Assembly: GCF_042242105.1 (NCBI RefSeq)
Contig: NC_092012.1
Coordinates: forward strand, 26,102,001 to 26,166,000
Length of the DNA stretch: 64,000 bases
Source: Pempheris klunzingeri
Lineage: Eukaryota
Reading direction: 5' to 3'
The notes under the pieces are model-generated. The model saw nothing but the letters and a program-made list of their open reading frames with translations. It did not search any database and was not told the origin of the DNA. Made by a program: the position numbers and the translations under genes. How positions within the stretch are numbered: position 1 is the stretch's first letter; every line of letters begins with the position of its first letter. Below are positions 38,064 to 52,470 of the stretch, piece after piece.

Positions 38064-38712
38064 GAGGGAGTGTGTGTGAGTGAGTTAGTGTGCGTGTGAG
38101 TGACTGAGTGTGTGTGAGTGAGTGAGTGAGTGTGAGTGAGTGAGTGTGTGAGAGAGTGAGTGTGAGTGAGTGTGTGTGTGAGTGAGTGAGTGAGTGTGTG
38201 TGTGAGGGAGTGTGTGTGAGTGAGTGAGTGTGTGTGTGAGTGACTGTGAGTGTGTGTGAGTGAGTGAGTTAGTGTGAGTGTGTGAGAGAGTGAGTGTGAG
38301 TGAGTGTGAGTGAGTGAGTGAGTGACTGTGAGTGTGAGTGTGTGTGTGAGTGAGTGAGTGTGACTGATTCACATTCTTCGACCAGCATAAATTGAAGTTG
38401 AGGGATGTACATATGAACAATCTGATTAAATTTATTTTGAAAAAGACAGGGCTTTTATTTTGAAAAGGTCACAGTGAGTCCAGTTGATTGATGAAGTTGA
38501 GGGATGTACAGATGAACAATCTGATGAAATTTATTTTGAAAAACACAGGGCTTTTATTTTGAACATCGGACTCTGGCAGAGTCCCTGTGACTGTTGTGAG
38601 TCAACACATGTGCGTGCGACGTCTGAGTGTGAGTGAGTGAGTGAATGAGTGTGTGTGAGTGAGTGAGTGAGTGAGTGAGTGAGTGAGTGTGTGTGTGTGT
38701 GTGAGTGAGTGA

Positions 38713-38795
<83 letters not shown>

Positions 38796-38976
38796 TGAGT
38801 GAGTGTGTGTGTGTGTGTGTGTGAGAGAGAGTGAGTGTGTGAGTGTGTGTGAGTGAGTGAGTGTGTGTGTGTGTGTGAGAGAGAGAGTGAATGTGAGTGT
38901 GTGTGAGTGAGTGAGTGTGTGTGTGTGTGTGTGAGTGAGTGAGTGAGTGTGAGTGAGTGAGTGTGTGTGTGTGTGA

Positions 38977-39013
<37 letters not shown>

Positions 39014-39609
39014 TGAGTGAGTGAGTGTGTGCGTGTGTGTGAGTGAGTGAGTTAGTGTGTGAGAGAGTGAGTGTGAGTGAGTGAGTGAGTAAGTGAGTGA
39101 GTGAGTGTGTGTGTGTGTGTGTGTGTGAGTGAGTGTGTGTGTGTGTGTGAGTGAGTGTGAGTGTGTGTGTGTGAGTGAGTGTGAGTGAGTGAGTGAGTGA
39201 GTGAGTGAGTGAGTGAGTGTGTGTGAGTGAGTGAGTGAGTGAGTGTGTGTGAGTGAGTGAGTGAGTGAGTGAGAGTGTGTGAGGGAGTGAGGGAGTGTGT
39301 GTGTGAGGGAGTGTGTGTGTGTGAGTGAGTGAGTGACTGTGAGTGTGTGTGAGTGAGTGAGTGTGTGTGTGTGAGTGACTGTGAGTGTGTGTGAGTGAGT
39401 GAGTGAGTGTGAGTGAGTGTGTGTGCTGGTCTTCGACCAGCACAAATTGAAGTTGAGGGATGTACAGATGAACAATCTGATGAAATTTATTTTGAAAAAC
39501 ACAGGGCTTTTATTTTGAAAATCGGACTCTGGCAGAGTCCCTGTGACTGTTGTGAGTCAACACATGTAGTTGTTTGTATGTATGTATGTCTCTGTGAGTG
39601 AGTGTGTGA

Positions 39610-39666
<57 letters not shown>

Positions 39667-41432
39667 TGAGTGTGAGTGTGTGTGTGTGAGTGAGTGTGAG
39701 TGTGTGTGTGTGAGTGAGTGTGAGTGAGTGAGTGAGTGAGTGAGTGAGTGAGTGAGAGTGTGTGAGGGAGTGTGTGTGTGAGGGAGTGAGTGTGAGTGTG
39801 TGTGTGTGAGTGAGTGAGTGAGTGTGTGTGTGTGTGAGTGAGTGAGTGAGTGAGTGTGTGTGTGTGTGTGTGTGTGAGTGAGTGAGTGAGTGTGTGTGTG
39901 TGTGAGTGAGTGAGTGAGTGAGTGTGTGTGTGAGTGAGTGTGTGTGAGTGAGTGAGTGAGTGAGTGAGTGAGTGAGTGAGTGTGTGTGAGTGAGTGAGTG
40001 AGTGAGTGAGAGTGTGTGAGGGAGTGAGGGAGTGTGTGTGTGTGTGTGTGAGTGTGAGTGAGTGAGTGAGTGAGTGAGTGTGTGTGAGTGAGTGAGTGAG
40101 TGAGTCAGTGAGAGTGTGTGAGGGAGTGAGGGAGTGTGTGTGTGAGGGAGTGTGTGTGTGTGAGTGAGTGAGTGTGTGTGAGTGACTGTGAGTGTGTGTG
40201 AGTGAGTGAGTGTGTGTGTGTGAGTGACTGTGAGTGTGTGTGAGTGAGTGAGTGAGAGTGTGTGAGGGAGTGTGTGTGTGAGGGAGTGAGTGTGAGTGTG
40301 TGTGTGTGAGTGAGTGAGTGAGTGTGTGTGTGTGTGTGTGTGAGTGAGTGAGTGAGTGAGTGTGTGTGTGTGTGTGTGTGAGTGAGTGTGTGAGTGAGTG
40401 AGTGAGTGAGTGAGTGAGTGAGTGAGTGAGTGTGTGTGTGAGTGAGTGAGTGAGTGAGTGAGTGAGTGAGTGTGTGTGAGTGTGTGTGAGAGTGAGTGTG
40501 TGTGTGAGAGAGTGAGTGTGTGTGTGTGTGTGTGTGTGAGTGAGAGAGAGTGAGTGTGTGTGTGTGTGTGTGTGAGTGTGAGTGAGTGAGTGTGTGAGAG
40601 AGTGAGTGTGAGTGAGTGTGTGTGTGAGTGAGTGAGTGAGTGTGTGTGTGAGGGAGTGTGTGTGAGTGAGTGAGTGTGTGTGTGAGTGACTGTGAGTGTG
40701 TGTGAGTGAGTGAGTGAGTGTGAGTGTGTGAGTTAGTGAGTGTGAGTGAGTGTGAGTGTGTGTGTGAGGGAGTGTGTGTGTGTGAGTGAGTGAGTGAGTG
40801 TGTGTGAGTGACTGTGAGTGTGTGTGAGTGAGTGAGTGTGTGTGTGTGAGTGAGTGAGTGTGTGTGTGTGTGAGTGAGTGAGTGAGTGAGTGTGTGTGTG
40901 AGTGAGTGTGTGTGAGTGAGTGAGTGAGTGAGTGAGTGAGTGTGTGTGAGTGAGTGAGTGAGTGAGTGAGAGTGTGTGAGGGAGTGAGGGAGTGTGTGTG
41001 TGTGTGTGTGTGAGTGTGAGTGAGTGAGTGAGTGAGTGAGTGTGTGTGAGTGAGTGAGTGAGTGAGTGAGAGTGTGTGAGGGAGTGAGGGAGTGTGTGTG
41101 TGAGGGAGTGTGTGTGTGTGAGTGAGTGAGTGTGTGTGAGTGACTGTGAGTGTGTGTGAGTGAGTGAGTGTGTGTGTGTCAGTGACTGTGAGTGTGTGTG
41201 AGTGAGTGAGTGAGTGTGTGTGCTGGTCTTCGACCAGCACAAATTAAAGTTGAGGGATATACAGATGAACAATCTGATGAAATTTATTTTGAAAACCACA
41301 GGGCTTTTATTTTGAAAATCGGACTCTGGCAGAGTTCCTGTGACTGTTGTGAGTCAACACATATAGTTGTTTGTATGTATGTATGTCTGTGTGAGTGAGT
41401 GTGTGACTGAGTGTGTGTATGAGTGAGTGAGT

Positions 41433-41463
<31 letters not shown>

Positions 41464-41518
41464 TGAGTGTGTGTGTGAGAGAGTGAGTGTGTGTGTGTGT
41501 GTGTGTGAGTGAGAGAGA

Positions 41519-41550
<32 letters not shown>

Positions 41551-42059
41551 GTGTGAGTGAGTGAGTGTGTGAGAGAGTGAGTGTGAGTGAGTGTGTGTGT
41601 GAGTGAGTGAGTGAGTGTGTGTGTGAGGGAGTGTGTGTGAGTGAGTGAGTGTGTGTGTGAGTGACTGTGAGTGTGTGTGAGTGAGTGAGTGAGTGTGAGT
41701 GTGTGAGTTAGTGAGTGTGAGTGAGTGTGAGTGTGTGTGTGAGGGAGTGTGTGTGTGTGAGTGAGTGAGTGAGTGTGTGTGAGTGACTGTGAGTGTGTGT
41801 GAGTGAGTGAGTGTGTGTGTGTGAGTGACTGTGAGTGTGTGTGAGTGAGTGTGAGTGAGTGTGTGTGCTGGTCGAATTGAAGTTGAGGGATGTACAGATG
41901 AACAATCTGATGAAATTTATTTTGAAAACCACAGGGCTTTTATTTTGAAAATCGGACTCTGGCAGACTCCCTGTGACTGTTGTGAGTCAACACATGTAGT
42001 TGTTTGTATGTATGTATGTCTGTGTGAGTGAGTGTGTGACTGAGTGTGTGTATGAGTGA

Positions 42060-42094
<35 letters not shown>

Positions 42095-42281
42095 AGTGAG
42101 TGTGTGTGTGAGAGAGTGAGTGTGTGTGTGTGTGTGTGTGAGTGAGAGAGAGTGAGTGTGTGTGTGTGTGTGTGTGTGTGAGTGTGAGTGAGTGAGTGTG
42201 TGAGAGAGTGAGTGTGAGTGAGTGTGTGTGTGAGTGAGTGAGTGAGTGAGTGTGTGAGTGAGTGTGTGTGTGTGTGAGTGA

Positions 42282-42315
<34 letters not shown>

Positions 42316-42681
42316 GAGTGTGAGTGTGTGTGTGTGTGTGAGTGAGTGTGAGTGAGTGAGTGAGTGAGTGAGTGTGAGTGAGTGAGTGAGTGAGTGAGTG
42401 AGTGAGAGTGTGTGAGGGAGTGAGGGAGTGTGTGTGTGAGGGAGTGAGTGTGAGTGTGTGTGTGTGAGTGAGTGATTGAGTGTGTGTGTGTGTGAGAGAG
42501 AGTGAATGTGTGTGAGAGAGTGAGTATGAGTGTGTGTGAGTGAGTGTGTGTGTGAGAGAGTGAGTGTGAGTGTGTGTGAGTGAGTGAGTGAATGTGTGTG
42601 TGTGTGTGAGTGTGTGAGTGTGTGTGAGAGTGAGTGTGTGTGTGTGTGTTAGATTGAGTGTGTGTGTGTGTGTGTGTGAGA

Positions 42682-42743
<62 letters not shown>

Positions 42744-42777
42744 GTGTGTGTGTGTGAGTGTGTGAGTGTGTGTGAGA

Positions 42778-42813
<36 letters not shown>

Positions 42814-43439
42814 GAGTGTGTGTGAGTGAGTTAGTGTGTGTGTGAGTGACTGAGTGTGTGTGAGTGAGTGAGTGAGTGAGTGTGAGTGAGTGAGTGTGTG
42901 AGAGAGTGAGTGTGAGTGAGTGTGTGTGTGAGTGAGTGAGTGAGTGTGTGTGTGTGTGTGTGAGGGAGTGTGTGTGAGTGAGTGAGTGTGTGTGTGAGTG
43001 ACTGTGAGTGTGTGTGAGTGAGTGAGTGAGTGTGAGTGTGTGAGAGAGTGAGTGTGAGTGAGTGTGAGTGAGTGAGTGAGTGACTGTGAGTGTGAGTGTG
43101 TGTGTGAGTGAGTGAGTGTGACTGATTCACATTCTTCGACCAGCATAAATTGAAGTTGAGGGATGTACATATGAACAATCTGATTAAATTTATTTTGAAA
43201 AACACAGGGCTTTTATTTTGAAAAGGTCACCGTGAGTCCAGTTGATTCAATTGAAGTTGAGGGATGTACAGATGAACAATCTGATTAAATTTATTTTGAA
43301 AAACACAGGGCTTTTATTTTGAAAATCGGACTCTGGCAGAGTTCCTGTGACTGTTGTGAGTCAACACATGTAGTTGTTTGTATGTATGTATGTCTGTGTG
43401 AGTGTGAGAGTGAGTGTGTGTGTGTGTGTGTGAGAGAGA

Positions 43440-43482
<43 letters not shown>

Positions 43483-43490
43483 TGTGTGTG

Positions 43491-43523
<33 letters not shown>

Positions 43524-44244
43524 TTGAGTGTGTGTGTGTGTGAGTGTGTGAGTGTGTGTGAGAGTGAGTGTGTGTGTGTGTGTGTGTGTGTGAGGGAGTG
43601 TGTGTGTGTGAGTGAGTGAGTGTGTGTGTGTGAGTGACTGAGTGTGTGTGAGTGAGTGAGTGAGTGTGAGTGTGTGAGAGAGTGAGTGTGAGTGAGTGTG
43701 TGTGTGAGTGAGTGAGTGAGTGTGAGTGAGTGAGTGTGTGAGAGAGTGAGTGTGAGTGAGTGTGTGAGTGAGTGAGTGAGTGAGTGTGTGTGTGAGGGAG
43801 TGTGTGTGAGTGAGTGAGTGTGTGTGTGAGTGACTGTGAGTGTGTGTGAGTGAGTGAGTGTGAGTGAGTGAGTGTGTGAGAGAGTGAGTGTGAGTGAGTG
43901 TGTGAGTGAGTGAGTGAGTGAGTGTGTGTGTGAGTGAGTGAGTGTGAGTGTGAGTGTTAGTGTGTGTGAGTGAGTGAGTGTGTGAGTGACTGTGAGTGTG
44001 AGTGTGTGTGTGAGTGAGTGAGTGTGACTGATTCACATTCTTCGACCAGCACAATTTGAAGTTGAGGGATGTACAGATGAACAATCTGATGAAATTTATT
44101 TTGAAAACCACAGGGCTTTTATTTTGAAAATCGGACTCTGGCAGAGTCCCTGTGACTGTTGTGAGTTAACACATGTAGTTGTTTGTATGTATGTATGTCT
44201 GTGTGAGTGAGTGTGTGAGTGAGTGTGTGTGTGTGTGTGAGTGA

Positions 44245-44276
<32 letters not shown>

Positions 44277-45582
44277 GAGTGTGAGTGTGTGTGTGTGTGT
44301 GTGTGAGTGAGTGTGAGTGAGTGAGTGAGTGAGTGAGTGAGTGAGTGAGTGAGTGAGTGAGTGAGAGTGTGTGAGGGAGTGAGGGAGTGTGTGTGTGAGG
44401 GAGTGAGTGTGAGTGTGTGTGTGTGAGTGTGTGAGTGTGTGTGTGTGTGAGAGTGAGTCTGTGTGTGTGTGTTAGAGTGAGTGTGTGTGTGTGTGAGTGT
44501 CTGTGTGTGTGTGTGTGTGTGTGTGAGACAGTTCAATTTGTTCAGTTCAAATCTCTGCTGGTCAAATTTCATCTATCACCTGATTCCCACCAACTGAGCA
44601 TGCTCAGTGTCTCTGTGGGGCTCAGAGGTCACTCATCACCTGATGGTTGCTATGGTGATGTTGCCTAATGAGCCACTCTGGGGAGACACAGCTCTTTTCA
44701 TGGAGATTTGAGCTGTGATATGCCTCTGAAAATGAGGGTTTTACTTGAGTGTCAGAGCTTTGGCGTGTGAACCATTTGACAGAGGAGGGTCTGCTGAACA
44801 CGTACGTGTAGTTTTGAGGTCTCTAACTTGTGAAATGAGAGAGCTGGAGCAGATTAGAAAAGTGGTTGCGTCTGCCTCCCTCCTCAGATTTGAGCTGCCA
44901 GTTAACATGGCACTTAATGCGGCAGTTAGTGTGACTTTCCGTCGCTTGGAGGCTCATGGAGGCGGCTGCGTGCGTTTCTGTGTGTCTGAAGTCACATCGT
45001 TGCGACCGGCCCGAGCAGTCCTACGTTTTTCTGTATAGATAGTGAGTCTGCGTGACACGCTGTGGGCATGAGAGCGAGTTTTTCACAAAATCTTCAGACG
45101 ATTTTTCTGCTCCTCTCCACTCTAGCGATGACATCACCCACTCTAGCCCCGAACATTCCACCACACACACACTAATGTTAAATCTGAAAACGGAGTGAAA
45201 AACTTTTTTTTTTTGAGATACGACCGTGGAGAAACGGTGAATGGCACGACCGGGGTTGAATGATGTACTGACAGAGGTCGAGATGATGAACGTTTTACAG
45301 GTTAAATGGAGTTTCTGGCTGAACGTACGAGGGAGCTGTGAGGGCTTGAAGTTTGATGAAGAAATGCGGCTCTTGAAAATTTTTCCCATTCATTTTCTAT
45401 GGCAAATTTGGCGCACGTTTTGCCGCGTTGCGCCAAAACGTGCTTTTCGATTGCTTGGAAAAGTCATAGCAACTCAACCGCCACCGAGCCGCACGTTTTG
45501 GTGCGTTTTTTGTGTGTGTGGTGCGAAAGCTCTGGGAGGAGTAGCGAAATGAAATTCTACGGAAGAAGAATAAGTAGTCAAA
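37427..45582 (-). mobile_element. Family A element A7 (5' tip displaced by B2)
   Basis: CTAG-hairpin at 37427; body from 44528 ends at GTAGTCAAA, followed by the B terminus. Confidence 0.72.
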
Positions 45583-46388
45583 CTAGAAAGTGCAATTTCT
45601 GAAGAAATTGCGGTGTGAATGCTCTCTGCTGGCTGCTGAATGGCTTACGCCAGACTGAATAGCTTCCTTTTGAACTGAAAGTCATTGAATACCTGAATGA
45701 ATGAATAAAGTACTAATCTGAATATATGAAAGGGTAAAGTTGAATGGCTTACGCCAGACTGAATAGCTCCCTTTTGAAATGAAAAGCATTGAAGACCTGA
45801 ATGAATGAATAAAGTACTAATCTGAATATATGAAAGGGTGAAAATGAATGGTTTACGCCAGAATGAATAGCTCACTTTTGAACTGAAAATTATTGAATAC
45901 CTGAATGAAAGAATAAAGTACTAATCTGAATATGTGAAAGGGTGAAAAGTGAATAGCTGACTTTTGAACTGAAAAGCATTGAATATTCTGCTATTTTGAA
46001 TAGGTTTAACATGAAAAAGGAAGTTGAAAGATGTACAGATGAAAAATCTGATGAAATTTAATTTCGAAAAACAAAGGGCTTTTATTTTGAAATTCAGACT
46101 CGGCAGAGTTCCTGTGACTTTGTTGTGAGTCAACACGTGTAGTTGTTTATCTGTATCTGATTAAATTTAATTTTTTTTAAGGGCTTTTATTTTGAAATTC
46201 AGACTCGGCAGAGTTCCTGTGACTTTGTTGCGAGTCAACAGGTGTAGTTGTTTTTCTGTATCTGATGAACTTTATTTTGAGAAGCACAGGGCTTTTATTT
46301 TGAAATCATACTCGGGCAGACTTCCTGTGACTTTGTTGTCAGTCAACACCTGTAGTTGTTTGTCTGTGTGTGTGTGTGTATGTGTCTC

Positions 46389-46431
<43 letters not shown>

Positions 46432-47548
46432 CTCTGTTTGTCTGTGTGAGAGAGTGACAGTTAAGCTATCACCTGATTTCCACCAACTGAGCATGTCTGT
46501 GTCTCTGTTTGTCTGTGTCTCTGTGTGAGAGAGTGACAGTAAAGTTATCACCTGATTCCCACCAACTGAGCACGCTCAGTGGCTCTGTAGGTCACTAACC
46601 AGCTGCAGCTGTGGGGTCGTCATGGCGATAGTGCCTGCGGAGCTACTCTGGGGAGACACAGCTCTTTACATGGAGATTTCAGCTGTGACATGCCTCTGAA
46701 AATGCCAGTTTTACTCAAACCCAGTAAGTGTCAGAGCCATAACATGTGGACCTGTGGACTTCAGAGGGTCTCCTGAACACTCAGTTCTTTCCTCAGGTCT
46801 CTAACTTGTGAAATGAGAGAGCTAGAGCAGGTTACAAAAGTGGTTGCGTCTGCCTCCCTCCTCAGATTTGAGCTGCCAGTTAACATGGCACTTAATGCAG
46901 TAGTTCCTGTGAGTTTCCGTCGCTTGGAGGCTCGTGGGGGCTGCTGCGTGCGTCTCTGTGTGTCCGAAGTCACATCGTTGCGACCGGCCCGAGCAGTCCT
47001 ACGTTTTTCTGTATGAATCATGAGTCTGAGTGACACGCTGTGGGAATTAGAGCGAGTTGTTCCCGAAATCTTCAGACGATTTTTCTGCTCCTCTCCACTC
47101 TAGCGATGACATCACGCACTCTAGCTCTGAACATTCCGCCACATACACACTAATGTAAAATCTGAAAATGGAGTGAGAAAGTTTTTTTTTTTGAAAGACG
47201 AGTGTGATGAAACGGTGAATGGAATGAAGGAGGTTGAAGTATGGTCTGAAAGAGGTCGAGAGGCTGAACGTTTTAGAGTTTGAATGAAGTTTCTGGCTGA
47301 CTGTATGTAGGAACTGTGAGGGCTTGAAGTTTGGTGAGAAAATCGGAGTTTTGAAATTTTTTCCCATTCATTTCTATGAGGAATTTTTGTCAGAAAAATG
47401 GATATTAATGGCACATTTTTGAAGTTTCGGATGAGAAAAGTCATAGCAATCGATTCCCGATTGAAGCGCACGTTTTGAACTTTGAATGAATTTTCTATTT
47501 TGAAAGCTCTGGATGAAGAAGCGCGGCAAAATAACATGACGGAAGAAA

Positions 47549-47587
<39 letters not shown>

Positions 47588-47629
47588 GTACAAGAACATA
47601 TGTTGTGAATGCTTGAGCATTCACACCAA
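45583..47629 (-). mobile_element. Family B element B2 (complete), cleanly inserted in a family-A 5' end
   Basis: Same termini as B1. Flanks GTAGTCAAA and TAAGTATGGAG rejoin into the empty site seen at 10346-10365. Confidence 0.82.
45638..46010. repeat. 104 bp tandem repeat in B2 (~3.5 copies)
   Basis: Unit starts at 45638, 45742 and 45846, plus a partial copy. Confidence 0.9.
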
Positions 47630-47837
47630 TAAGTATGGAGAATAATAATAGTGGGCCTTGCTTGCAAGCGGCCCCCTAATAAGTATGGAGAATAATTGAG
47701 AATAATTGCTTCGCAAGGCCCACTATTGTGCCCTATGCTTTGCATAGCTGGCACAATAGTGGGCCTTGCTTGCAAGCGGCCCCCTAATAAGTATGGAGAA
47801 TAATAATAGTGGGCCTTGCTTGCAAGCGGCCCCCTAA
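47630..47837 (-). repeat. Three orphan family-A 5' tips (short, rearranged long, short)
   Basis: Tip units start at 47630, 47680 and 47788. Confidence 0.85.
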
Positions 47838-48210
47838 CTAGAAAATTTCCCGCAGAAATTTTAGGCGGGGGCCGCCGTGGTGCGTGCGACGTCTGAGTGT
47901 GAGTGAGTGAGTGAGTGAGTGTGTGTGAGTGAGTGAGTGAGTGAGTGTGTGTGTGTGTGAGTGAGTGAGTGAGTGTGAGTGAGTGAGTGAGTGAGTGTGT
48001 GTGTGAGAGAGTGAGTGTGAGTGTGTGTGAGTGAGTGAGTGAGTGAGTGTGAGAGTGAGTGTGAGTGAGTGTGAGAGTGAGTGTGAGTGTGTGAGTGAGT
48101 GAGTGAGTGAGTGTGAGTGAGTGTGTGTGAGTGAGTGTGAGTGAGTGAGTGAGTGTGTGTGAGTGTGTGAGAGAGTGAGTGTGTGTGAGTGAGTGAGTGT
48201 GAGTGAGTGA

Positions 48211-48242
<32 letters not shown>

Positions 48243-48689
48243 GAGTGAGTGTGAGTGTGTGTGAGTGAGTGAGTGTGACTGATTCAATTGGTCTTCGACC
48301 AGCACAAATTGAAGTTGAAGGATGTACCGATGAACAATCTGGGGAAATTTGTTTTGAAAATTACTGGGCTTTTATCTTGAAAAGGTCACCATGAATCCAG
48401 TTGAAGTTGAAGGATGTACCGATGAACAATCTGGGGAAATTTGTTTGAAAATTACTGGGCTTTTATTTTGAAAAGGTCACCGTGAGTCCAGTTGATTCAA
48501 TTGAAGTTGAGGGATGTACAGATGAACAATCTGATTAAATTTATTTTGAAAAACACAGGGCTTTTATTTTGAAAATCGGACTCTGGCAGAGTTCCTGTGA
48601 CTGTTGTGAGTCAACACATGTAGTTGTTTGTATGTATGTATGTCTGTGTGAGTGTGAGAGTGAGTGTGTGTGTGTGTGTGTGAGAGAGA

Positions 48690-48736
<47 letters not shown>

Positions 48737-48744
48737 TGTGTGTG

Positions 48745-48777
<33 letters not shown>

Positions 48778-49516
48778 TTGAGTGTGTGTGTGTGTGAGTG
48801 TGTGAGTGTGTGTGAGAGTGAGTGTGTGTGTGTGTGTGTGTGTGTGAGGGAGTGTGTGTGTGTGAGTGAGTGAGTGTGTGTGTGTGAGTGACTGAGTGTG
48901 TGTGAGTGAGTGAGTGAGTGTGAGTGTGTGAGAGAGTGAGTGTGAGTGAGTGTGTGTGTGAGTGAGTGAGTGAGTGTGAGTGAGTGAGTGTGTGTGTGAG
49001 AGAGTGAGTGTGAGTGAGTGTGTGAGTGAGTGAGTGAGTGTGTGTGTGAGGGAGTGTGTGTGAGTGAGTGAGTGTGTGTGTGAGTGACTGTGAGTGTGTG
49101 TGAGTGAGTGAGTGTGAGTGAGTGAGTGTGTGAGAGAGTGAGTGTGAGTGAGTGTGTGAGTGAGTGAGTGAGTGAGTGTGTGTGTGAGTGAGTGAGTGTG
49201 AGTGTGAGTGTTAGTGTGTGTGAGTGAGTGAGTGTGTGAGTGACTGTGAGTGTGAGTGTGTGTGTGAGTGAGTGAGTGTGACTGATTCACATTCTTCGAC
49301 CAGCACAATTTGAAGTTGAGGGATGTACATATGAACAATCTGATTAAATTTATTTTTAAAAACACAGGGCTTTTATTTTGAAAATTGGACTCTGGCAGAG
49401 TTCCTGTGACTGTTGTGAGTCAACACATGTAGTTGTTTGTATGTATGTATGTCTGTGTGAGTGAGTGAGTGTGTGTGTGTGTGAGTGAGTGAGTGAGTGA
49501 GTGAGTGAGTGAGTGA

Positions 49517-49553
<37 letters not shown>

Positions 49554-49911
49554 TGTGAGTGTGAGTGTGTGTGTGTGTGTGTGAGTGTGTGTGTGTGAGT
49601 GTGAGTGTGTGTGTGAGTGAGTGAGTGTGACTGATTCACATTCTTCGACCAGCACAATTTGAAGTTGAGGGATGTACATATGAACAATCTGATTAAATTT
49701 ATTTTGAAAAACACAGGGCTTTTATTTTGAAAATTGGACTCTGGCAGAGTTCCTGTGACTGTTGTGAGTCAACACATGTAGTTGTTTGTATGTATGTATG
49801 TGTGAGTGAGTGAGTGTGTGTGTGTGTGAGTGAGTGAGTGAGTGAGTGAGTGAGTGTGTGTGTGTGTATGTGTGTGTGTGTGAGTGTGAGTGTGAGTGTG
49901 TGTGTGTGTGT

Positions 49912-49942
<31 letters not shown>

Positions 49943-50293
49943 AGTGAGTGTGAGTGTGTGTGTGTGTGTGAGTGAGTGAGTGAGTGTGTGTGAGTGAGTG
50001 AGTGAGTGAGTGTGTGTGTGTGTGAGTGAGTGAGTGAGTGTGAGTGAGTGAGTGAGTGAGTGTGTGTGTGAGAGAGTGAGTGTGAGTGTGTGTGAGTGAG
50101 TGAGTGAGTGAGTGAGTGTGAGAGTGAGTGTGAGTGAGTGTGAGAGTGAGTGTGAGTGTGTGTGAGTGAGTGAGTGAGTGTGAGTGAGTGAGTGAGTGTG
50201 TGTGAGTGAGTGTGTGTGAGTGAGTGAGTGAGTGAGTGTGTGTGAGTGTGTGAGAGAGTGAGTGTGTGTGAGTGAGTGAGTGTGAGTGAGTGA

Positions 50294-50325
<32 letters not shown>

Positions 50326-50775
50326 GAGTGAGTGTGAGTGTGTGTGAGTGAGTGAGTGTGACTGATTCAATTGGTCTTCGACCAGCACAAATTGAAGTTG
50401 AAGGATGTACCGATGAACAATCTGGGGAAATTTGTTTTGAAAATTACTGGGCTTTTATCTTGAAAAGGTCACCATGAATCCAGTTGAAGTTGAAGGATGT
50501 ACCGATGAACAATCTGGGGAAATTTGTTTTGAAAATTACTGGGCTTTTATTTTGAAAAGGTCACCGTGAGTCCAGTTGATTCAATTGAAGTTGAGGGATG
50601 TACAGATGAACAATCTGATTAAATTTATTTTGAAAAACACAGGGCTTTTATTTTGAAAATCGGACTCTGGCAGAGTTCCTGTGACTGTTGTGAGTCAACA
50701 CATGTAGTTGTTTGTATGTATGTATGTCTGTGTGAGTGTGAGAGTGAGTGTGTGTGTGTGTGTGTGTGAGAGAGA

Positions 50776-50820
<45 letters not shown>

Positions 50821-50828
50821 TGTGTGTG

Positions 50829-50866
<38 letters not shown>

Positions 50867-51592
50867 AGTGTGTGTGTGTGTGAGTGTGTGAGTGTGTGTG
50901 AGAGTGAGTGTGTGTGTGTGTGTGTGTGTGTGAGGGAGTGTGTGTGTGTGAGTGAGTGAGTGTGTGTGTGTGAGTGACTGAGTGTGTGTGAGTGAGTGAG
51001 TGAGTGTGAGTGTGTGAGAGAGTGAGTGTGAGTGAGTGTGTGTGTGAGTGAGTGAGTGAGTGTGAGTGAGTGAGTGTGTGAGAGAGTGAGTGTGAGTGAG
51101 TGTGTGAGTGAGTGAGTGAGTGTGTGTGTGAGGGAGTGTGTGTGAGTGAGTGAGTGTGTGTGTGAGTGACTGTGAGTGTGTGTGAGTGAGTGAGTGTGAG
51201 TGAGTGAGTGTGTGAGAGAGTGAGTGTGAGTGAGTGTGTGAGTGAGTGAGTGAGTGAGTGTGTGTGTGAGTGAGTGAGTGTGAGTGTGAGTGTTAGTGTG
51301 TGTGAGTGAGTGAGTGTGTGAGTGACTGTGAGTGTGAGTGTGTGTGTGAGTGAGTGAGTGTGACTGATTCACATTCTTCGACCAGCACAATTTGAAGTTG
51401 AGGGATGTACATATGAACAATCTGATTAAATTTATTTTTAAAAACACAGGGCTTTTATTTTGAAAATTGGACTCTGGCAGAGTTCCTGTGACTGTTGTGA
51501 GTCAACACATGTAGTTGTTTGTATGTATGTATGTCTGTGTGAGTGAGTGAGTGTGTGTGTGTGTGTGAGTGAGTGAGTGAGTGAGTGAGTGA

Positions 51593-51637
<45 letters not shown>

Positions 51638-51935
51638 TGTGAGTGTGAGTGTGTGTGTGTGTGTGTGAGTGTGTGTGTGTGTGTGTGAGTGTGAGTGTGT
51701 GTGTGAGTGAGTGAGTGTGACTGATTCACATTCTTCGACCAGCACAATTTGAAGTTGAGGGATGTACATATGAACAATCTGATTAAATTTATTTTGAAAA
51801 ACACAGGGCTTTTATTTTGAAAATTGGACTCTGGCAGAGTTCCTGTGACTGTTGTGAGTCAACACATGTAGTTGTTTGTATGTATGTATGTGTGAGTGAG
51901 TGAGTGTGTGTGTGTGTGAGTGAGTGAGTGAGTGA

Positions 51936-51978
<43 letters not shown>

Positions 51979-51999
51979 TGTGAGTGTGTGTGTGTGTGT

Positions 52000-52030
<31 letters not shown>

Positions 52031-52425
52031 AGTGAGTGTGAGTATGTGTGTGTGTGTGAGTGAGTGTGAGTGAGTGAGTGAGTGAGTGAGTGAGTGAGTG
52101 TGTGTGAGTGAGTGAGTGAGTGAGTGAGTGAGAGTGTGTGAGGGAGTGAGGGAGTGTGTGTGTGAGGGAGTGTGTGTGTGTGAGTGAGTGAGTGACTGTG
52201 AGTGTTTGTGAGTGAGTGAGTGTGTGTGTGTGAGTGACTGTGAGTGTGTGTGAGTGAGTGAGTGAGTGTGAGTGAGTAAGTTGAGGGATGTACAGATGAA
52301 CAATCTGATGAAATTTATTTTGAAAAACACAGGGCTTTTATTTTGAAAATCGGACTCTGGCAGAGTCCCTGTGACTGTTGTGAGTCAACACATGTAGTTG
52401 TTTGTATGTATGTATGTCTCTGTGA

Positions 52426-52470
<45 letters not shown>
